Shown here piece after piece: positions 13,118 to 23,329 of a stretch of 64,000 nucleotides of DNA. The position numbers and the translations under genes were made by a program. Origin of the DNA: Penicillus capitatus (taxonomy: Eukaryota; Plantae; Chlorophyta); assembly GCA_965649825.1 (NCBI GenBank), contig OZ287698.1, positions 325,949 through 389,948 of the forward strand, given 5' to 3'. Position 1 is the first letter of the stretch. Every line of letters begins with the position of its first letter. Under the pieces are notes generated by a model that saw only the letters and a program-made list of their open reading frames with translations, had not been told where the DNA came from and did not search any database.

Positions 13118-13939
13118 TTAAGCGTCCGTTCCTGGAAGAAAACCATGACATGATGATGTTGCACATGCACAGGGACGTCTTTGTTTCCGACACTCCTCTT
13201 TTACCACCGTTTGTCCATATGAAAATGTTAATTCCTCGTTTTCCGTAACATAGTATCGGGTGTAGAAGCTGACGAGTGGGACCAGAGCACCGGCCACTCT
13301 TTCTATCTCGGCCATCAAGTTCCCTCCATCACAACTGACCCACCTTTGCAAGAGGCAGCAAAGTGTGATCCCGACCGAACCTATGGTTGAAAAATCGAGC
13401 GACGTTGCCAATGTGTGTGGCATCGATGTTGGTGCGAAGACAAGCGCCGGACGGCAAGATCTCCCGGAGAACCTTATGTCATACATGACAGAGAGAATGG
13501 GAAGCAAGATGCATTACCAGAAGACCATGACCGCGTTTCTCAGCATCGTAGTGTTTCAGTCGTTCGTCTGCTTCGGCTGAAGTGATCATCTCTCCAATGT
13601 ACTCGCAAACGAAGCTTCCTTGGGGAATGGCCTCGGCGGCATGTACACCCCATCCCTTGAGGCAGAAGATGGAGTGGCATTTTTGGAAGCATCTGTACTT
13701 TTGCAGCCGTTTTTTGTAGGTACACGCGGAAGGCCAATTTTCGTGGCGGCCTGAATCATGCATCCGTCCGTACCATTCTGTTTTCGTATGTGTGTTCGTT
13801 CGGACTTGGTGACGAGATCGGTGTGTTCGTTTGGATAAACAGACTCCGTTACATAGCGGAAGCTAGAAGGTAGCTGTTCTGAATCAACGTTATTGTACAC
13901 TGGAATCGCGACGTCTTCGCCTTCGCCGAGCGTCGACAT
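13118..13939 (-). CDS. Pre-SET/SET/post-SET histone lysine methyltransferase, SUVR3/SETMAR-like
   Basis: [55 protein letters not shown] and the post-[16 protein letters not shown]. Confidence 0.85.
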
Positions 13940-13950
13940 TGCATTTCACG

Positions 13951-14864
13951 TCACATCAACACCCACCAAAACAAAGCCAAGACCAACAGCGTCACCACAA
14001 TCTACAGTCGACGTCAACACCCACAGACCATAGCATTTCTCACCATGCCGCCATACGTCAGTCGTGCATCGCCGATTTGACGCCCGTGAATGACGCGAAG
14101 CAGCGATTCCGACAGACCGACTGTATTCAGTACATCTAACATGCGCTTCTGCGTTCTCTGCGCCAACGAGCCATTCGATGTGCCGCCGCCTTTGCGTGCA
14201 GGGTTACTTTGAGGAGATCTTTATTCGACGCCATGGACTCGAGAATTGCCGTTCCCGTAGCAAAGGCTTCTTCCAGTGTCGTCTTCGATGCTTGAACAGA
14301 TGAGGCCAACTGCGACTCTTCATCCATCTGCATCGCGACGGCTGCTCCGTCGGAACGACGGGCAAAGAGCTCTTCTCGCTCGGCGTTTTCGCGCTCTAAT
14401 CGTTGAGCCCGACGACGCAGACGAGCGAATGCCGTTTCGATGGCATCCAAATCCCCCGAGACTTGTTCGACTTTCCTATCCATTGACTTCGACACGATCT
14501 TTCTTCTGTTTCGTATGTTACCGTTTCCAGACGTCGCGTTTCGATGGAGCTTCCCTCAAGACGTGCATGCGCCAGATGCTATCCATATCACCACGCACTT
14601 TCTACGAGGAGAGCTCAAGTGAGAGAGGGATGGCATCCAGATAAGCGCATCCATGCCTGCAACTGCGACAGTTCTGTCGAGAGTCGGTCGATTTGACTGG
14701 CGACTGCCGTTCCTGCAACCTGAACTAGACAACAACGAAACGCCGTGCGCTGCCACGCGGTCATGAAAGTGTCCGACCTCAGCGCCTTCGCATTTTTCGA
14801 GCCCCTGATTCAGACGCAGCACCAAACGTCGCGCTTGACTGTGGAGAGAAGGAAGGTCGCTCAT
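13951..14864 (-). CDS. Membrin/Bos1/GOSR2 Qb-SNARE
   Basis: MSDLPSLHSQARRL..., the SNARE motif AILESMASNKDLLKRTQKRMLDVLNTVGLSESLLRVI, and a C-terminal TM anchor GGMIVVTLLVLALFWWVLM* (TGA at 13951-13953). Confidence 0.85.
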
Positions 14865-14926
14865 AATAACGGAGCAGATGGTTGGGTAGGGACACGTCAA
14901 CAGAATGACTGTTTTCACTCTCAAAC

Positions 14927-16065
14927 TCAGTTCATTTTCTTTGAAGGATGATGGCGACTTTGATGACCATTATTATTTCCAAATGTCTCGCCATTCTTCT
15001 CGACATGCCCCGATTTCTTGGGTTTCTGATTTTTGATGTAGATGTTGCCCATGACCCCCACGAAAACAAAGGCCACCCCAATCCACTGCTGCATTAGGAG
15101 TGGTGTGCCACTCCAGAAAACGGAGAGCAAGATGCTAAAGAATTTGCGCGTTGTCGTCACCAGCACGGTCACGACGCTTCCATAAGATTTTAACATCCAG
15201 AAAATGAACAGCTGACCAATGGCCCCACAGAAACAGAACTGCAGAATATAGAGCTGAAAAAGAGGGTAGTGGGAAAAGAAATGAACAAATTCGGAACAGG
15301 CAGAGTGGATGCCCAGCATTTCGGCGACCACAAACAGTGTGGTCGAATAGACAGATAGCCAGAAATTGGTGGTAAACATCATATAGATGCCAGAATTGTG
15401 CCTGTACTGGCGATTGATATTGTCTTGGCGGGTGTTGGTATAGCCATCACAGAGCAGATTGAGTGCGCATAGGGTGTATCCCAGGAAGAGATTGGGCGAT
15501 GAGAGTTTGGAAACGGCCTTGGGGGAAGACTTGAATGAGAAAAGAGTGAGACCGGTGCAGAGAATCGCAACAACTGCCCATTCAGCAAAGCGATAGTGTA
15601 CGCTAAAAAGAAGGACCCCCATGAGCATCGTCGGAATCAGCTTGCACGATTTCAGAATGACCTGTCGTGCACAGAGAAGCTTTCTCACTCTTTTTGAAAG
15701 AGAGTTTGTCACACCTGAGCTGCGTAGTTGATATTCCTCAAGGAAGCGTATCCGAGAGATGGTCCCAATGTTGTTGTTACACCCACCGACCAGAAGGACT
15801 TGAGAGGAGGATAGTCTCGTCGGTTTTTAGCGTCTGGGAAGACTGAAAGAAGACTGAAAGAGACAACGAGGCAACCCAGGCCTTGGACGCAGGAGAGGAT
15901 CGCCATGTTGGCAAAGCGCTCGTTTTCTAGACCGAATCCTTCGGTCGAGAGACTCTCTTGGACAATTCCCTGAGTTAAGTATGAGACATAGATGCCCGTC
16001 GTACAGAGGACGAAATTCAAGACGTCAAGAACGCGCATGCTGGGCAAATGCTGAGTTCGAGACAA
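14927..16065 (-). CDS. UDP-galactose/UDP-glucose transporter (UTr3/SLC35B1, UAA family)
   Basis: GIYVSYLTQGIVQE, NINYAAQVILKSCKLIPTMLMG, DGYTNTRQD and VTTTRKFFSIL in a multi-TM protein. Confidence 0.9.
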
Positions 16066-16354
16066 GGTCAGTTGTTACGGGTTTACCTCAGGGTTCGCGC
16101 ATCTCTGACTTGATGCATGCATCTAGTCCTTGATTATACCGATGTTCCGAGTCTTCTGCCAGCAATTGAGATAGTTAAAACACTTAAAACTGTTCTCAAT
16201 CACACGGATAGCAGCAATCTGTAAAACAATAAGGATACCTTCGTCTCTCCTTGAACATCGCTCTTCTTTTTATACCTCTCGACCACTTGATCAGATGTGG
16301 TTGCATTTGTCGGAGACATATCATCCCGGACTGTATCGATGTTACCTGATTGAC

Positions 16355-17830
16355 AGAATTACTTGAATCGCTCTGATGATGTACTTGACTTCAACAACGC
16401 TGGCTGCGTCGAGCATGCTTTGGATGACGCCCTTCTTGCGTTGCTGTGAATCTCTGCCGGAATCTCTTGCGATGGCGAGGAACCCTTCGCACACTCCACG
16501 GATGTAGAGAGAATCGGATCTAACAACGAGATCTTTCTGTCCATCTTGTTCTTTTTTTGAGACATAGCCGCTGATATTAGATCTTGCCTGTTGACGGGAA
16601 TCGTCTCAACGTGCGCCGCGGTCGCGCACACGCGTAACGAGAAACGGGGGAACAGACCTGAGCAAGTGCAAATGCTACAGGTAGAGCGCATACAGCAAGC
16701 TAAATACCCCTCGGCACCCGCAGACCGCTGTCACATCAGAAACCAGCAGTGTGTCCAGTTAGTTCACGGGGCCGGAACCGTTGTCGCACACCCGTCACCT
16801 GTCGTGTACTGTTTACGGTCTGAGGCAGTGTTACGATCTCCTCCGCCCATGTTTGCAATTGCTCGGACGATTGTCTGGTCTGCGATGTGCAATCTGTGTC
16901 TTACATGTTCTGGTCCCAATCTGTTTATGCAGAGCTAAACAGCGGGGAGGAAATCACCGGGTGTATATTCCAATATGCGTCGAAAACACTCGGTAAGATG
17001 TTGTGTAATATCGAGCCTTGTTAATATTGGCTCGATCTTCTCGAATGTCCTTGCCAGAAAGACGTACGGCACAGGATCGCCTTTTATCCAGAATAAGCGA
17101 TCCTTATTATCGAAGGACGTATATGCAGTTGCACGATCCGAGTGCTTGTTTGTATCTCGCGTCCTGACGGGGATTTGTCGGACTATCGTGCGCCGCGGTC
17201 GCGCACACGCGTCAAGAGAACGGAGGAAGCAGGCCTGGGTCAATGAAAAGACAACAGGCCGGTGCACGCCCCGTCATCCAATACCCTTGGTTGCCCGCGG
17301 ACGGACGTCATGTCGCGAAGCTGCGACGTGTCCGGTCCGCGGGCCGGAACCGTTCGTGTGCACCCGTCACGGCCCGATCTACAGCAAAGTCACATCAACA
17401 GCTAGGTACAAGGTTGTATTACTTTTAGCGTTCGGCGTCGTGGAGCCTTCGAAATGCGTTTCGTACTGCCATCTGATCTTATACTAGCACTTCCTGCACA
17501 TCATTCAACCACGATCGCACGATGCAGCAGATCGCACCATCGGTTTCCTCGGGCTCGGACGGCGGTGCAGACATATTCGAGAGATCGTCGCTCTCTTCGG
17601 TCATTGCCATCTTCATATCGCTGTTTGATTCGGTGTCACCCATCCGTGGAAGTTTGGGCGTTTCCATTGACGATACGCCCATCTTGAAATCGAATTCATC
17701 GGCTTTGTTAAGACGTCTCGGTGCCGTCTGTTGATGACGACACTCGCATTCTGTCTTGTCCTTGGGAGAGAAACCTTTTTGGCTTCGTGATGATCTTCTT
17801 GTCGCCCTTTGTACGCTTCGTCCGTTCGTC
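16355..17830 (-). pseudogene. Degenerate DNA ligase I N-terminal (DNA-binding domain) fragment
   Basis: W.KGDPVPYVFLARTFEKIE...RL...LTECFRRI...PGDFLPAV*LCINRL has an in-frame TAG at 16935-16937 where LIG1 has Tyr. A later exon reads LYIRGVCEGFLAIARDSGRDSQQRKKGVIQSML...KYIIRAIQ. No adenylation domain follows before the next gene. Boundaries are approximate. Confidence 0.72.
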
Positions 17831-17858
17831 GTCGGTAGCAGTTAGTTCGTGCAGCTGT

Positions 17859-17990
17859 TGTCGTGTTCGTTGACGGACAACGGGTTGACGACGAAGGCGT
17901 ATAGCTTACAAAGACTATTTGTACAATGATTGTAAGAATTTATATAATCCTTTGGACAGCTGCACGAAGGTGGACAGCTGTCCACTGACA
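17859..17990 (-). repeat. 3' LTR of the TRIM (132 bp)
   Basis: Identical copy of 18540-18671, preceded on the minus strand by GGAAAGGGGGTGGGCACA. Confidence 0.9.
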
Positions 17991-18008
17991 TGTGCCCACC
18001 CCCTTTCC
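17991..18008 (-). other. Polypurine tract of the TRIM
   Basis: GGAAAGGGGGTGGGCACA lies immediately upstream of the 3' LTR. Confidence 0.65.
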
Positions 18009-18302
18009 GTTGTGCAGACTCCGAATAATGCGAACGGAACACATTTCACGATAGTCGGGATGTCATCAGGCTGGCCAGGAGTCGAACCAGGGCCATCGTC
18101 ACGTGGCTTCTCCCTCTGCGGCCCATTCGCCGCAGCTTTGTAGCTCTTACGTCTCTGAGACTTCAGCGCCGACTCTGGAAATTCGAACCGTACTTCACAG
18201 CGACAACACGTCCGTGGTGACCCAAATAGAAAACGTAAACACGGACAAAGTAACAACGAACGTAAACACAACAATGCGCAACAGCACGCTTATCGCAGCG
18301 TG

Positions 18303-18425
18303 AAACTGAAACGCAGCAACTCGGACGGTGGAACTGAAACACAACAACTCGGACGGTGGAACTGAAACTTAGCAGCTCGGACGGTGGAAGGTGGAACTGA
18401 AACACAGCAGCTCGGACGATGGAAC
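18303..18425. repeat. Tandem array of about four 28-bp units inside the TRIM
   Basis: Units resemble GAACTGAAACACAGCAGCTCGGACGGTG and start at about 18303, 18331, 18359 and 18394, with a 7-nt partial unit between the third and fourth. Confidence 0.9.
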
Positions 18426-18527
18426 GAACTACAGACTGCAGGTGGTAGGTAAAACGCTGTCACAACGGTCGTGTCTTGGAAAGTCTTCAGTCTTCGATGA
18501 CGGGATTCTATCGCCGGAATCTTTGTC

Positions 18528-18539
18528 GCTCCGAAACCA
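18528..18539 (-). other. Primer-binding site, initiator tRNA-Met type
   Basis: TGGTTTCGGAGC directly follows the 5' LTR and matches the plant-type tRNAiMet PBS TGGTATCAGAGC at 10 of 12 positions, one difference being G-U compatible. Confidence 0.7.
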
Positions 18540-18671
18540 TGTCGTGTTCGTTGACGGACAACGGGTTGACGACGAAGGCGTATAGCTTACAAAGACTATT
18601 TGTACAATGATTGTAAGAATTTATATAATCCTTTGGACAGCTGCACGAAGGTGGACAGCTGTCCACTGACA
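18540..18671 (-). repeat. 5' LTR of the TRIM (132 bp)
   Basis: Base-for-base identical to 17859-17990. On the minus strand it contains TATATAAA, TGTAA and the 16-bp palindrome GTGGACAGCTGTCCAC. Confidence 0.9.
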
Positions 18672-19632
18672 CTGTTCATGGAAGACAAACAGTTAATACG
18701 CGTTTGATCGAAGTGCGAAAGGTCACCTGCGTTCCTCGCTTGCGTCAGCCACGGCGCTTGGTCGCTTCTTCATCTTTTTCTTTTTTTTTCCGAGGACCGT
18801 CTGTCTTAATCGAGGACCTTTAGCCTTATCTGTCGCGTTGTCGTCGTAGTTTGCCGAAATAAGCCGAATGGCAGAATATGTACGGAACACTGCCGCAGAA
18901 AAGAGTCCTCCGTCAAATGCGCAAGTGTGCCACGAAAGAAACAACGTTTCAGCAGCTAAGTCACGACAGATATGGCGCGCTCCACGTTCCGATACTATGC
19001 ATGCAGAATGAGATCATCAGACGCATTAGCGCGTTCTTCAAATCGACATGCTGGGGGGCGAGGCTTCGTTAAAAGCACCAAGGTAGGATCGCCGAGGCAG
19101 AAGTGGTATAACCGATAGATCCCGGATCCATCGGTGACCGAGTGTAAGACACAAACACTGCACCCTCTGCGACAAGAAATGAGACAGAGACGACAATGCA
19201 TCGAAGGTTATCTTGGAGTTATCGAGACTGAAGCATCTTGGAGAGCCAAGACCTATTGCTTTGCGTCATGGGAATGCTTAGCTTCTTCTGCCCTTTGAGC
19301 ACCGGTTCTTGCGCAGAAGCGCCTAAGCGCCAGACCGTTACGCGATCCCTAATTGTTACCCATGGTTTCGCTGGGTATCCGAAGTATCGAAGCCAGGGAG
19401 ACACAAATCGCTTTTTTTGATGACAGCTAATGAACGCTTCTTTCTGTTTTTGCTTGCTAGTCTGGGAATGGTTTATTCTTCCGTGTAAGATACAAGTAGA
19501 CCTTATGAAACGAAACGAACGAACGAAGGGCCGAGATTTGCAACTCAAAACCGTCCAACGAAAGCAATGTCAGCGCATGTGACAGACATGCATGAATCTG
19601 AAAGGAAAGAACTAAGTGCGGCTCTCGTCTGT

Positions 19633-21908
19633 TCAATGCAGCTCATCTTCTAATTGATCGTAGCGGAACACGAAGTTGTCTTTCTTGCGGTAACACCAGC
19701 CGTTCATGAAGTTCTCTGGTTCCCCAGGAAGAGCCCCACCTGACAGAGCTTTGTCGAAGTAGATGTATCCACCTTCTTCAAAGTCTTTTGTGGTGGCCTT
19801 GGGCTCGCCAGATCGCTGGAACCAGGATTTATGCTCAACATGATATCGCCAGGATTGTCGTTTGAGTTCTTTAGCAGCACAATACTGTGCGATGTCGCCT
19901 GGGTGGAAGTAAAAAGCATAGAACAGTCCCTCTGTGTCCAGCTTCTGATAGAAGCCGGCATCTTCGAGCTGGGGTAACCGATGAATAGGGAAGCTGGCAG
20001 GAAGCTGCTGCGCGACACTGCGGCTGGTGTTCTGAGACAGCTGAGTCTTGTAATCACTGTCAACGGGTTGGGGCATCGATCGCCGACTGCATGCCTGCAG
20101 CAATTGTAAACTGGCAGCGGGGTTGCCTTCGAATGGACTAGGTAGGAGTGGAATACCAGATACGTCCGTACAGGACATGCTGATTTTATCGATCAGATCT
20201 GCAACATCCAGACTGGACAGAAAAGGATCCGCCACTTCCAAAGGTTCGTCTTTGGAGGAGGACGATGGACCACCAACACCACCGCTCAACACAGCCGCTT
20301 TGAAACCCAACGGCTTCTCTCGTAGACTATCTTGTGACAGCGACAGCTTCGTCACATTTCCTTGCATACCGTCCATCGATGACGACGATCCTTTTCCTCC
20401 GGTAGATCCCGAGAGTGACGCTGTCTCCAGCAAACTGCGTTTTGCATTTGGCTTCACCTCTGTAGCCAGTTCCAGCGATTTGGATTTTTCGGCCACGCCG
20501 CTGGCTGCCAGTTTTGGATAGTCCCCATCTTCCCCTGGGCAACATGACCTCCCACGATTCTTGCACACCCACTATTCCTTACCTTTTGGTGTATCCCACA
20601 CCGTCGGCGTTCGATTTCCCTGCGTTGCAGTGGTTGTGGTGGTGGTCGTAGGCGTCGTCGTAGTGGTGGTATTCCTACCAGCCGCCGCCAATGCAAATGA
20701 CATCGCACCGTTTGCCGGTTCAGTTTTGGCAGCAGCCCCACCGATCACGGCATTCTTTGCAGAAGGCGACGTCCCTTCGAGCTCCTCCGCCACTACATGA
20801 TTCGCTGACGGTGTCTCAGACATCGAGACACGGCGTTTCATACTGGACTGCGATGAAGCCGCCGATATCGGAGCCGGTCGAGCTGGCGCCTTCTTTTCCT
20901 CCTCCACGACAGTGGCAGCATTGCTTCCGTGTGCCAACAGCTGCGCCTTCACCGCTGCCGCCGCCGCACGTTCCTTCTCTCTTTCCCTTTCTGCCTGTTC
21001 CTCCTCTAAGTCATTCACCTTCTTTGCTTTCGATGTGATGGTTGCCGACTGGAGGCCAAGGGTCACATCATTCAAACGATCCAGCAACGGTGCATACGTT
21101 TCATCCACGCAATCAAAGCCCGAATCTTCGTCTTCGTTATCGGTTACGTAATACTCAACCATGTCTTTCAGCTCATCGATCTCTTCATGCGTAATCGTCC
21201 CATTGTCCAAACATCGCATGCATTGCTCCAATCGCGTGATGTGACTCTTATGCCGTACCACGAGCTCTTCCAGCTTCTGTTGCCTCTGAGATGGCTTCTT
21301 CCCACGTCTCGACCCATTGATGTTCTCCAATTCTGCCTCGAATTCATCAATCTACAGCACCCGATCACCGAACGAACGCACAAAGAGGCATCGTTGAAAC
21401 CTGCATTTGAAGAGCCTCAACTTGTTCATTCAGCCATTCCCGTGCCACCTGCCGGGCTTTTTCCTCGGGGTCCAGTTTTGCAGCCTGGCCCAATCCTGCT
21501 TTCGAGAATGCCTTTGTTTTTGCTTCCTTTTCACAGTGCTTAAATCGTTCCATCTCCTTCTCAATGTTTTTCCTCGCCTCCATGAGCACCGTCTTGTCCT
21601 TGATGTCACTCCCAGCAATCCTATGACATAGCACCTCACTCTTTTATCTAGAAACATCCGATATCTAACCATGTTTTGATCTGATCTCTTAACCGCTGCA
21701 ATTTTTTGATTTCTTTTTTCAAGTCAGCTTCGTATTTTTCCCGCTGACTCTGGCTCTCAGTTACGTAGACCTACCAAATGGCGATCCCCACAGGCGCCTC
21801 TTTCTCGAATTTTGCCTTTTCCCATATTTGGTCGAACTCGACGATGCCTTCCTGCACTTTCTTGAGCGTTCGGTCGATTTCCGCCTGGAGTTTTCGTGCC
21901 GCTCCCAT
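19633..21908 (-). CDS. NOT3: CCR4-NOT complex subunit 3
   Basis: N-terminus [40 protein letters not shown], and the C-terminal NOT box [11 protein letters not shown]...[13 protein letters not shown]. Confidence 0.92.
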
Positions 21909-22167
21909 TTTAGAGGCACCGTTTACGTTTCCCTCGGCAAGTGCGTCGTTAGGGTGACACACGACTGTGTCAAGAAAGAACGGGTTTCACGATGGCGCAC
22001 GAAGAGAGACGGCGCTACGCTTCTCTCTCCACAGCAGTAACAACAACAATAGCGGATGCGCACGTACACACGCAGGGCGACAATACACGTCTTGTTCCTA
22101 ATGAACGTCATTCCACGAACGCGGTGCTGCCCGCCTCATGCATCGACGGATCTTTCTCGCGGGAACG

Positions 22168-23086
22168 ATGGCTCAATCGCGTTATGCCTATGTCAAGAAC
22201 TATGAGCGCGAAATGGTTCTCTTGCCCAATTGTTGGGCTGTCGTCCGTCTCGATGGCCAAAGCTTCAGTCGGTGCGTCTCACACGACGGAAACGACGACC
22301 GGACGGTTGGACTGAACGCAGGTTCTGTCAAGTACATGAATTCGAGAAGCCAAATGATGTCCGAGGCCTCGATCTCATGAACGCCGCGGCCAAGGCAGTC
22401 ATGAAAGCCTTTCCAGATGTGTGTATTGCCTACGGCGAGAGCGATGAAATGAGCTTTGTCTTCCGCAAAGATGCCGAAGTCTACGGTTTGTTTGATTGGA
22501 CTGGAGTACTTAAAAGAGGTTCTGTGAACAAGAGGTGGACGCAGCTTCAAAATTGTGTCCCTCGTGACCTCGTGCTTCACGGGAAACTACGTGCACTTAT
22601 GGCCTGATCACTTTCCCGAAAGACCTCTGAAATACGCTCCGCTTTTTGACGGCCGAGTGGTGCAGTACCCGACTGCCCGGGAGATTCGAGACTATTTGTC
22701 ATGGAGACAGGTGGATACACACATTAACAATCAGGTGCGTTGCCCCCTGCCAAGACTCATGTTCAACATTGTTGCAGTACAATACGTGTTTCTGGGCGCT
22801 GGTTAAATCCGGCGTGTCTGAACATACTGCACATGAGCAACTAAAAGTGTGATCGATCACATTGATCAGAATGTGTGATAATGCTGTGGACTACAGGGAA
22901 CAGATGCAAGTGCAAAGAACGAACTGTTATTTGGGAGATTTGGAATCAATTACAACAATCTACCGGAGATGTTTCGAAAGGGCTCAGTCATCTATCGTCA
23001 GGCAATACGATCAGCAAGAACACTGTTGGTGGACCATGTGGACATCATTAAGGAAGACTTTTGGGAAGCCCATCGTCATGTGTTAG
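22168..23086 (+). CDS. THG1: tRNA(His) guanylyltransferase
   Basis: MAQSRYAYVKNYE...VVRLDGQSF, FEKPND.RGLDLMN, YGESDEMSF, FDGRVVQYP...[21 protein letters not shown] and FGINYN. Confidence 0.92.
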
Positions 23087-23329
23087 AATGAGGAAGAAGT
23101 GTCAGGTGCCCTCATTTCACAAGCATGATAATTGCCGCGTTACATTGGTTCATCAGTGTCTTTGTATAAAAGAGTCCCAAATACATAGGACAGCGATTTA
23201 TGTAGAGGAAAGAGCTGTGTTTCGATAGGGTCAATAAGAATCACAAAAAAACGAAAGAAAGGTCCTTTATCTTGCAAGCCTCATAACAGCCCCATGATAT
23301 CAATGATAGTCACCATCATTTCCTACGAA

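Larger units (their letters stand above)
17859..18671 (-). mobile_element. TRIM-like non-autonomous LTR retroelement (813 bp)
   Basis: Identical 132-bp direct repeats with TGTC...GACA termini, a 4-bp TSD CTGT (17855-17858 and 18672-18675), a PBS TGGTTTCGGAGC abutting the 5' LTR, a purine tract before the 3' LTR, and no long ORF inside. Confidence 0.88.

Noticed and set aside
16935-16937. Stop-codon reassignment (TAG read as an amino acid, as in some ulvophytes)
   Set aside because: TAG and TAA terminate well-conserved genes at their expected ends (PQBP1, METTL4, IPK, CoA-transferase). The aligned residue is Tyr rather than Gln, and the locus is truncated anyway.
18303-18425. CRISPR-like array
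   Set aside because: The units are contiguous 28-bp repeats with no unique spacers, no cas genes are present, and the array lies inside an LTR element in a eukaryote.
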